Shown: positions 29,827-36,659 of the stretch, one piece after another
Layout of the letters: the number at the start of each line of letters is the position of its first letter
How positions within the stretch are numbered: position 1 is the first letter of the stretch
Virus record (IMG/VR): IMGVR_UViG_3300037455_000221
Location: 65,647-129,646 of that record
Source: a virus
Taxonomy: Duplodnaviria; Caudoviricetes
Length of the DNA: 64,000 nt
Strand: one strand, 5' to 3'
Made by a program: the position numbers and the translations under genes
Notes under the pieces: model-generated
Databases searched by the model: none
What the model was told of the DNA's origin: nothing
Seen by the model: only the letters and a program-made list of their open reading frames with translations

Positions 29827-30730
29827 CGTGTGTTACCTCTTTTTTGTAATCATATATTTTACCAATTTCATATTGATAATTTTCTATAGGAGTTTTCATA
29901 TAAAAATCACAATAGCCGCGGCCGTTCTGTGCTATTACATACTCAATGCCTTTTGTTAAAATAGATGTATCAAGTACTCCATGTAACATGAATATTCTAA
30001 AACCATCTGATCTTCTTAATCGACACCAATGAGAATCTGATGTTTTTTCGTGATTAATGACTTGAAATTTTTGACTGGAAATAACATCATATATCCACTG
30101 ATCAAACTCATCTTGATTACTCCAGAACACATTACATCTTATTCTTAGAGCTATAAATCCTATATCTTTACAGAATGTAATAAAGTCATTTAGCCAATCA
30201 TCATTGTATCTTTTACTAACAACACACGCACAAGATGTTTTAATATTAAATTCATTAAGAGTATTTACTATTTTTGCATAATCAATATCAACAAAGATTT
30301 TATTATCAAAAATATTTCCTCGAATAGAAGGTCTAAAATCATGTACTGATATATTCACATAATTAATAACTCCGCTCATGTATGGAGCTAACTCTACAAT
30401 ATTAGTTCCATTAGAAGTTAATGTGACTCTACACACCCTTTCTTGAATATGATATTCACGAAGTTCATCCATGACCCGAATGAACAATGTCTTGTCTAAG
30501 GTTGGCTCTCCTCCAGTAATATCTAAAGATACTTCCTGTTTTCCATCAATTTGAGATAATAAATGATCAAGAGTATTTATAAAGTTAGAAAGAAATTCTT
30601 CTTTATTAAAAGATATGTTATTATAGTTTTTATCTTTACAATAACAAAAAGAGCACTTTGCATTACAATTTACCGGAAAAACTAATTTAATTGTAATTAC
30701 TTTATTATAATTAGTTCTTTCTACATACAT
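29804..30730 (-). CDS. Radical SAM protein, substrate unknown
   Basis: CNAKCSFC, ITGGEP, TSNG, NISVH. Confidence 0.88.
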   Translation of the reverse strand: MYVERTNYNKVITIKLVFPVNCNAKCSFCYCKDKNYNNISFNKEEFLSNFINTLDHLLSQIDGKQEVSLDITGGEPTLDKTLFIRVMDELREYHIQERVCRVTLTSNGTNIVELAPYMSGVINYVNISVHDFRPSIRGNIFDNKIFVDIDYAKIVNTLNEFNIKTSCACVVSKRYNDDWLNDFITFCKDIGFIALRIRCNVFWSNQDEFDQWIYDVISSQKFQVINHEKTSDSHWCRLRRSDGFRIFMLHGVLDTSILTKGIEYVIAQNGRGYCDFYMKTPIENYQYEIGKIYDYKKEVTHDAIQSNL

Positions 30731-30762
30731 AAGAAACTCCTTAAGATTGTTACAATGTTAAA

Positions 30763-30834
30763 CAACCCCGGCGCGAGTCGGACGCGCACTGAACGGAACC
30801 AAAATCCGTTGCACTACCATTATGCTACGGGGCT
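30763..30834 (-). tRNA. tRNA-Gln(TTG)
   Basis: Cloverleaf; ACGGA-TTTTGGT-TCCGT; atypical T loop TCCGACT; no encoded CCA. Confidence 0.8.
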
Positions 30835-30967
30835 ATATGAGTGATTCCTCCAAAGTTTGTCACTTGTGATCTCTTACCCTTTAAGTTATCTCCGTCCCTT
30901 TCGGTAACGGCTTCATCATAGTTAACTGTGAACTGTTCACCACTCTACTATTATTTCATTTCTCAAA

Positions 30968-31041
30968 TAGCGGGAGCCGGATTCGAACCGACATTCTCTT
31001 GGTTATGAGCCAAGTGAGCCTCCATTGCTCGTCATCCCGCG
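30968..31041 (-). tRNA. tRNA-Met(CAT), initiator-like
   Basis: CGCGGGA start with a 1:72 mismatch; CTTGG-CTCATAA-CCAAG; TTCGAAT. Confidence 0.85.
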
Positions 31042-31056
31042 ATATCGACTGTGATT

Positions 31057-31085
31057 ATATTAACATATTATTGTTTTATTGTCAA
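31057..31085 (-). promoter_or_regulatory. sigmaA-type promoter for tRNA-Met/Gln
   Basis: TTGACA-17 nt-TAATAT with TG. Confidence 0.65.
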
Positions 31086-31094
31086 GTACCTTTC

Positions 31095-31400
31095 GCATTA
31101 AACCTTTCTCGTCACAACGATACTCAGTACACGTCCGCAAACGCTGTCTTTCACTGTGCTATCCGAAGAATAACAGAGGGTATATCGGTCTACTTTTCCC
31201 GATTGCCACAGTGTATTTCTACGTACTTTACTGCGCTACCTTACACTGCCACTACGTCACGCTCCATCTTTTCACGTTAAAGAGGCGGGAAACGGGAACG
31301 TCTCGCTATTTCCTTGCGTCTCTATCCATTCTCGATTCGTAGAGAAGAACGCTGCTTGTCTTGCTTTTAAGTGAACAAAGAAAGCAGTAAAGAATGCCTC
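31095..31400 (-). ncRNA. Unidentified structured ncRNA candidate
   Basis: No credible ORF, raised GC; helices CTGCTT/AAGCAG, TCTCTA/TAGAGA, and CACTGTG/CACAGTG enclosing ATCGG/CCGAT. Confidence 0.45.
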
Positions 31401-31406
31401 ACTTTG

Positions 31407-31490
31407 TGCTGATGGTCGGGCTCGAACCGACACGAGATTGCTCTCAGCGGATTTTAAGTCCGCTACGTCTACCAATTCCATCACACCAGC
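31407..31490 (-). tRNA. tRNA-Leu(TAA)
   Basis: GCGGA-CTTAAAA-TCCGC, long variable arm, TTCGAGC T loop. Confidence 0.92.
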
Positions 31491-31630
31491 TGGGCAGTTC
31501 CGATAAGGAAGGCACTAAATCTCGCCTCATTACATTCTCACTGCGAGCTGTGAGCAACCTTTTTCGGCATTTTCATTCTCTCTGAGGCGTTCTGCTTACT
31601 CTCAGATCATCCGGGAATGACCCGGCTTCA

Positions 31631-31703
31631 CACGACCTCTAGGATTCGAACCCAGACCTACACGGGTTGGAGCCGTGTGTGCTACCAATTACACCAAGGC
31701 CAT
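31631..31703 (-). tRNA. tRNA-Trp(CCA)
   Basis: CACGG-CTCCAAC-CCGTG, TTCGAAT. Confidence 0.88.
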
Positions 31704-31757
31704 ATCCGTAAGGGTGACACTAAGCCAAACCTCTCCGACGTCTAGTCCCTTACTATT

Positions 31758-31783
31758 CGTTCATTTTGTCGCTGTAATGAACG
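31758..31783 (-). ncRNA. Minimal ACAGC(G)A stem-loop module
   Basis: CGTTCATT-ACAGCGACAA-AATGAACG. Confidence 0.4.
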
Positions 31784-31838
31784 ACCTTAGACTATAGGTT
31801 TTTATGTTTGATCTGCGACTACTATCAAACAAGGCTTG

Positions 31839-31924
31839 CGCCGTAGATAGGACTTGCACCTATACACCATTCCTGGTTGCTTGTTTTCAAGACAAGGGCT
31901 CCCACTGTACTGAGCGACTACGGC
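31839..31924 (-). tRNA. tRNA-Ser(TGA), atypical
   Basis: GCCGTAG/CTACGGC acceptor; CTTGT-CTTGAAA-ACAAG; long variable arm; T loop TGCAAGT. Confidence 0.75.
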
Positions 31925-31934
31925 ATAAGAGTTA

Positions 31935-33410
31935 TTAATCTCCAATTGTTATTGGAGCATAACGCTCTGAATTAATTGTCTTGCACATTGCTTCTACCGG
32001 AGTCATGCCTATGCAAGACATAAGATTCTTAAATGTAGAGGCTGACTGACCAGATACGAGCTGTACACCCCTACGAGTAGAATCTGCATGGAATACATCA
32101 TGCCTTGAGTTCGCATTCCAGAATACAATGTTGGGAATTTCGTACCCGGCTGCAGCAAACTCTGCAGACATCTGATCGTAAAATGACCAATCTCTATCAC
32201 CACAATAATCAATCTCCATATCGGAAATGACTACTATAGACTTAGGCATTTCATCTCTTGGAACATTATTCTTTATTGCAATGTCAAGTAATGTCTGAAA
32301 TGCTAAATGAAGATTTGTATTCTGACTCCAATCATTAGTGTCTATAGAATTAATTTTCTGAGCAAGTGTCTCTCCTTTGAGTTCATGGATCCTTGACCTA
32401 TGAGAGAACGACATCCACATATTATGGTATGCGCCGGTATTACGCTCAGCAAAATAAATTGCTAAACCAATAGCAGAACAAATAGGTCTGCCATTCATTG
32501 AGTTCATTGAGCCTGAGGTATCAGCAATAACAAGTACGTTAGCATTGCCTTCAACATAGTTGGGAAGTTGTCTCCACTGTGCCTCTACAGTCTTATCTTC
32601 ATGTGCTATAAAAGTCCATCTTTCAAGAATCTTCTCAATGAGATCATAAGGATAAAGAGTAGAAGAATTAATCTTTTCTTCTCCGGTCACAGCCTTATCA
32701 ATAAATCTGCCATAACGCTGAGCATCATGCTTTACAAAGGCATTTCTATAGATCATCATTGCTCTTGAAGGAACCTCAGAATACTCGATCTCGTTCCAAC
32801 GACCCTGAGTCATAAGTGTCTCAATGACACCAATCTTTTTTCTGAGCTTTCTAATGATTCTCTTGAAGTCATATACAGAGTAACCCATCTTCTTAGCGGT
32901 AAGGATACCCAGAGCTCTAGTCTTATCAGAAGATGCGTCGGCTGTCTTGATCCACTTTGCTAAAAGAGACACAGCCTTGCCGGCGTTGAGGTTTTCAATA
33001 TCTTCCTCAAGTTGCTTCTTCATAGTTGCCCACATTTCATCCTCACAAGGAGTGCCAATAAGAGCATAAAGATCATCGTAACGACCATATACACCTATAA
33101 GATCGAGGTTAGGAATGAGTGCCTCTCTATGATACTCTGCGAGATACTTGATAATAGTTCTGAATGTCTGACGCTCACCAAGACCACCACGCACATCACG
33201 TGCATAGAAAGCAATCTTAGTTGCCATGAGAGGATCCTCCTGATATGCTGATGCAAAGAGACGCTGTACACGTAATTCATCAGTCTCACGAAGAGATCCG
33301 ATAGTTCCGAACAGATCAAGGAGTGCTGTGTCAGTAGTATTAAGAGCAACTGCACCATTCTCTGTTCTTGTAAATCTTCCGTTCTGTCTTGCTGCTTCTG
33401 CAAAATTCAT
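31935..33410 (-). CDS. DUF2828-family protein (TROVE/Ro60-like helical domain + vWA)
   Basis: TENGA, RDVRGGLGER, YGRYDDL, SLLAKW, VPSRAM, LYPYDL; MIDAS DTSGSM and ISDME; IVFWN. Confidence 0.82.
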   Translation of the reverse strand: MNFAEAARQNGRFTRTENGAVALNTTDTALLDLFGTIGSLRETDELRVQRLFASAYQEDPLMATKIAFYARDVRGGLGERQTFRTIIKYLAEYHREALIPNLDLIGVYGRYDDLYALIGTPCEDEMWATMKKQLEEDIENLNAGKAVSLLAKWIKTADASSDKTRALGILTAKKMGYSVYDFKRIIRKLRKKIGVIETLMTQGRWNEIEYSEVPSRAMMIYRNAFVKHDAQRYGRFIDKAVTGEEKINSSTLYPYDLIEKILERWTFIAHEDKTVEAQWRQLPNYVEGNANVLVIADTSGSMNSMNGRPICSAIGLAIYFAERNTGAYHNMWMSFSHRSRIHELKGETLAQKINSIDTNDWSQNTNLHLAFQTLLDIAIKNNVPRDEMPKSIVVISDMEIDYCGDRDWSFYDQMSAEFAAAGYEIPNIVFWNANSRHDVFHADSTRRGVQLVSGQSASTFKNLMSCIGMTPVEAMCKTINSERYAPITIGD

Positions 33411-33431
33411 TTTAATCACCTTTATTCCTTT

Positions 33432-33499
33432 CAGGACTCATTAAAAATTATCAAAAAGGGTTAATTTTCGAGTTTTTAAAAATTGCTGTTAGAGTCCAA
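33432..33499 (-). ncRNA. ACAGCAA module 1 (terminal-stem form)
   Basis: GGACTC-TA-ACAGCAA...GAGTCC directly 5' of the DUF2828 RBS. Confidence 0.6.
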
Positions 33500-33504
33500 A
33501 TTAA

Positions 33505-33568
33505 CATGACGCATAATTGGTTGTAAGTTTAACAGGCTTATCCAAAAAAGATTGCTGTATGCGCCACA
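33505..33568 (-). ncRNA. ACAGCAA module 2 (terminal-stem form)
   Basis: TGGCGCAT-ACAGCAA...ATGCGTCA. Confidence 0.6.
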
Positions 33569-33570
33569 AA

Positions 33571-33690
33571 TCGGGTGAATGGGACTTGAACCCATATCTA
33601 CGGCTTTGCTGGCCATATTTCCAATAATTGCTGTTCGTATCACAAACATGATAACCGAATAACGTGCTCTGCCAATTGAGCTATCACCCG
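33571..33690 (-). ncRNA. tRNA-Pro-like RNA (120 nt) with anticodon arm replaced by an ACAGCAA module
   Basis: Acceptor CGGGTGA/TCACCCG+A, D arm GCTC-AATTGGCA-GAGC, T arm ATGGG-TTCAAGT-CCCAT; insert has a TATCAT/GTGATA hairpin then CGA-ACAGCAA. Confidence 0.75.
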
Positions 33691-33693
33691 TAG

Positions 33694-33810
33694 TCGGAGG
33701 GGAAGGACTTGAACCTTCGACACCTAGTTTCCCTATAAGTATTTGCTGTTAGTGTGCCAAACAGTACACCATCGTATACACTAATGCTCTACCACCTGAG
33801 CTACCCTCCG
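33694..33810 (-). ncRNA. tRNA-Pro-like RNA (117 nt) with anticodon loop expanded by an ACAGCAA module
   Basis: Acceptor CGGAGGG/CCCTCCG+A, D arm GCTC-AGGTGGTA-GAGC, T arm GAAGG-TTCAAGT-CCTTC; insert GGTGTACTG-TT-TGGCACACT-A-ACAGCAA. Confidence 0.75.
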
Positions 33811-33824
33811 GAACTTCATTTATT

Positions 33825-33853
33825 ATATTATCACTTGATTATTACTTTGTCAA
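33825..33853 (-). promoter_or_regulatory. sigmaA-type promoter of the ACAGCAA-RNA/DUF2828 unit
   Basis: TTGACA-17 nt-TAATAT with TG; -10 lies 14 nt upstream of the first RNA. Confidence 0.7.
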
Positions 33854-33855
33854 GT

Positions 33856-33951
33856 ATAACTTGAGCGGATGGACTCGAACCATCAGAGGACTGAGGATCC
33901 GGTGTCCTTACCTCTTAACCAGTTTGATTGCCAATCAACTACTCAAGTTAT
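33856..33951 (-). ncRNA. tRNA-like element with canonical T arm and non-canonical body
   Basis: GATGG-TTCGAGT-CCATC; terminal ATAACTTGAG/CTCAAGTTAT stem; extra hairpins. Confidence 0.45.
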
Positions 33952-33956
33952 GGCAG

Positions 33957-34030
33957 CGACTTTAGTGGGGATCGAACCCACGACCTCCGCCGTGACAGGG
34001 CGGCGTTCTAACCAGCTGAACTATAAAGCC
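33957..34030 (-). tRNA. tRNA-Asp(GTC)
   Basis: CCGCC-CTGTCAC-GGCGG; canonical arms. Confidence 0.93.
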
Positions 34031-34116
34031 TTGGTGATAGTTAAAGTCCTATCAACTGCTCATGTGTCTTTTTTATTTATCCTACAGAACCTCTTTTGCT
34101 CTTAAACTGTAGTCAG

Positions 34117-34198
34117 TGGGCAGAGTTGGACTCGAACCAACGTTGTTTCTGTGTGGCGGATTTACAATCCGCTGCAATCGCCGCTATGCTATCTACCC
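34117..34198 (-). tRNA. tRNA-Tyr(GTA)
   Basis: GCGGA-TTGTAAA-TCCGC, long variable arm. Confidence 0.9.
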
Positions 34199-34346
34199 AT
34201 ATTTATTGGCTACCTTATGGCGGGAGTAGGGACGTTTGCCGGCCTCCCTTTGGTCAAAAGAAATAATTTACAAAGCAGATGCACCTACTTATATATTTCT
34301 TTTTTGTGGGGTTCTACCACTCTCCCCATAAGATAACCAATATAAC

Positions 34347-34419
34347 AGCCGCCACTCCGATTTGAACGGAGGTGATATGATTACAAATCATAAATCCTAG
34401 ACCACTAGATGATGGCGGC
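34347..34419 (-). tRNA. tRNA-Thr(TGT)
   Basis: GCCGCCA/TGGCGGC acceptor; TATGA-TTTGTAA-TCATA; TTCAAAT. Confidence 0.82.
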
Positions 34420-34427
34420 ATTTTTAT

Positions 34428-35099
34428 TTATATTAAATCCCATTCCTCGTCAGAATAAGAATTAATTTCTATTTTCTTTTTTGGTAATTTATATTTATCA
34501 CACCATTTTCTTATAGTATTATCTGTGACATTAAACATTTTTGCAATTTGCATAAATGGTTTTAATCTTATAAGATATTTCAACTCTTCTCTAGAAACTT
34601 TTTTATCTTCTAATAATTCATTTCTTCTTTTTAATTCACAAGATCTACATCTTATTGATTTGTAATAAATTTTAATACCACAATCTATACATATATTATC
34701 TGATATTTTCTTTCTTCCTATGTATCTATCTCTATCTCGAACACTATCTTTATTCATACTTTTATATGTATCAGTTAAGCTATGACAGTTAGGACAGAGG
34801 ACTTGTAAATTATCCAATTTATTATTTTGATAATTACCATCTTTATGGTGTATCTCCAATGGGCATGTGTTACTATATGGATTAATTTTTCCCCATCCAC
34901 ACATTTCGCATTTATGATTAGCTTTATCTAAAAGATAATCTCTTATAAAATGCTTAATGCCAGTGCCTGAATATCCTGGATCTTCACCATTTAACCAAGC
35001 TTGCACCGCTCTATTTCTTTTGTATATTTTTTCATGTTCTTTACAACAATATTTTGTTTGTTTCTTTTCTAATTTTTTACCACAAACCAAACACTCCAT
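34428..35099 (-). CDS. Free-standing HNH endonuclease in the tRNA cluster
   Basis: CEMCG, LEIHHKDGNYQNNKLDNLQVLCPNCHS, C-terminal HTH; AAGGAG RBS. Confidence 0.88.
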   Translation of the reverse strand: MECLVCGKKLEKKQTKYCCKEHEKIYKRNRAVQAWLNGEDPGYSGTGIKHFIRDYLLDKANHKCEMCGWGKINPYSNTCPLEIHHKDGNYQNNKLDNLQVLCPNCHSLTDTYKSMNKDSVRDRDRYIGRKKISDNICIDCGIKIYYKSIRCRSCELKRRNELLEDKKVSREELKYLIRLKPFMQIAKMFNVTDNTIRKWCDKYKLPKKKIEINSYSDEEWDLI

Positions 35100-35237
35100 A
35101 GGCTCCTTTCTTACAAACAACCTTTATGTTATCAATGGAATTATCCTCGTTATGTTTGGTTTGTAGTATTATTATATTTAGCAGCACGGCTAAATCAGAT
35201 CAGGATAAGAAGAATTTTAGTCGTACTACTATTTTTT

Positions 35238-35313
35238 CATGACACTAAAATTTTAACAATGTAGATATTTCAAGTATCGCTGTTTCGTTAATAAAATTGC
35301 TGTAAGTGTCACA
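35238..35313 (-). ncRNA. ACAGCAA module (distal copy)
   Basis: TGTGACACT-T-ACAGCAA...ACAGCGA...AGTGTCATG. Confidence 0.6.
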
Positions 35314-35429
35314 TATGCTGGCTAATGCAAAGGCGTCCCCTCATCAGAACCAGTATTCGCTCGATCAACCGTTAGACGGAAGAGAGCTATAACCCTCCGG
35401 TTGGATGCATTATTTAATCCTCACTTCCA

Positions 35430-35493
35430 TCGTACATGGTGCAGTCGAAACACCCTCAGTGCTTAAAAGCCTTATGAGTCCGTTTATGTACGA
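35430..35493 (-). ncRNA. Minimal tRNA-like element without D stem
   Basis: TCGTACAT/ATGTACGA stem stacked on GGTGT-TTCGACT-GCACC. Confidence 0.45.
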
Positions 35494-35632
35494 ACTAACT
35501 AGGATATTACTAGATTACCTAGGAGCATTCTTCAGTCAATATTTTTCATTATTGACCCGCCGCTCTAGCGTATAGCCTATTCTGCCACCCGGCTACGAGG
35601 GATAGGTTTGTCCGGAACACCTATAAACGGGC

Positions 35633-35747
35633 TAGCTCAAAGTAGGATTCGAACCCACATGTTGATTGACGAGATCAACACCGTACCCATTGTCGCGTCA
35701 CGTTAAGTTGTCACCTTACACGTGCACTGAAGCGAACTGTTTGAGCT
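35633..35747 (-). ncRNA. tRNA-like element, non-canonical body
   Basis: AGCTCAAA/TTTGAGCT plus GTGGG-TTCGAAT-CCTAC; internal hairpins. Confidence 0.5.
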
Positions 35748-36032
35748 TAACCTATTCTCAGGTTGAATCTATGAGATTAACGTCCTCATAGCGACGTTGC
35801 CCGGTTTTCAGACTTCATCAGTCTCTAGGATTGTTCTTACCGCTGCGAACCATTGATGTTGTTTTTAAAATCTTATTGGCACAACACAGCCTCACCGAAT
35901 ACGGTCATCCCTGATGAGACGTGGTAACCGCGCACCGTGACTACATTACTGCGTCCGCGGCCCGTGTCCGCCACCGTAGAGCTCGTCTCTACTCCGTCAT
36001 ATCCTGTCAATTCAGGCATTACATCGGTTGAA

Positions 36033-36144
36033 CTAGTGGGGTGAGGATTTGCACCTCACATAGACTACCTCCCTATCCTTATCGCATCGTTGGGCAAGTC
36101 CTACGGGCAAGTATAGCGTCTACCTATTTTTCCGCCACCCACTA
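36033..36144 (-). ncRNA. tRNA-Leu-like element with aberrant anticodon region
   Basis: TAGTGGG/CCCACTA, Leu-type D arm GGCGGAAAAATAGGTAGACGC, GTGAGG-TGCAAAT-CCTCAC. Confidence 0.55.
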
Positions 36145-36149
36145 ATATA

Positions 36150-36329
36150 TTATTCTTCGTCCTCTTCCGGATCAGGAATTGCTATCCTATATTCTATCTC
36201 TGCCCCACAATTAGGATTAGTACAGTGACAAACATGTACAATTCCCTCTCCCTCTAAACAGAAATCTGAGAAGTCAAAATCTGCATCCCAAATTACAGTT
36301 CTACAACCGCAATGAAAACATTCATACAT
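36150..36329 (-). CDS. Small Zn-ribbon protein
   Basis: MYECFHCG..VIWDADFD..C.NPNCGAEIEY. Confidence 0.65.
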   Translation of the reverse strand: MYECFHCGCRTVIWDADFDFSDFCLEGEGIVHVCHCTNPNCGAEIEYRIAIPDPEEDEE

Positions 36330-36627
36330 ATTGATCATCCCTTCTCTGATACTTGAAGGATGTTGGGTGAGGTTTATGGCCTCACCCGCCACCACACTCG
36401 TCGAAGGTTTATAATAAAAGAGTTATCCAAGTTACGTGTCGAAGGTGTAATCTTTTTAATTGGGAGTTGATTTATCTTCATCCGACTACTTTTATTAATA
36501 AACAGATTGTTGCAAATAAAATGTTTAGTTGTAGATAACTCTTAGATTATCAAGGGACGAGGCTTCTTCCTCGCCCCAACGGAGGTAAAAGCTAATGCAG
36601 TGAAAAGAACTAATCTCTTCAAGTATC

Positions 36628-36656
36628 AATGTATCATATTAATGTTACTTTGTCAA
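36628..36656 (-). promoter_or_regulatory. sigmaA-type promoter upstream of the RNA island
   Basis: TTGACA-17 nt-TACATT with TG. Confidence 0.6.
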
Positions 36657-36659
36657 GTA

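Noticed and set aside
33432-33810. ACAGCAA repeats as a mini-CRISPR array, given the Cas4-like gene at 38088
   Set aside because: The conserved part is only 7-9 nt, spacing is irregular, and flanks covary as RNA stems; the nuclease sits in the replication block.
35805-35925. CTGATGA hammerhead-like cores (- strand near 35815 and 35341, + strand near 35911)
   Set aside because: No stem II followed by GAAA and stem III in the right geometry; the 35815 copy is simply the loop of an AGAC/GTCT hairpin.
36400-36600. Inverted repeat AAGAGTTATC/GATAACTCTT and duplicated GTCGAAGGT
   Set aside because: AT-rich with too little support to call an RNA or mobile element; noted only.
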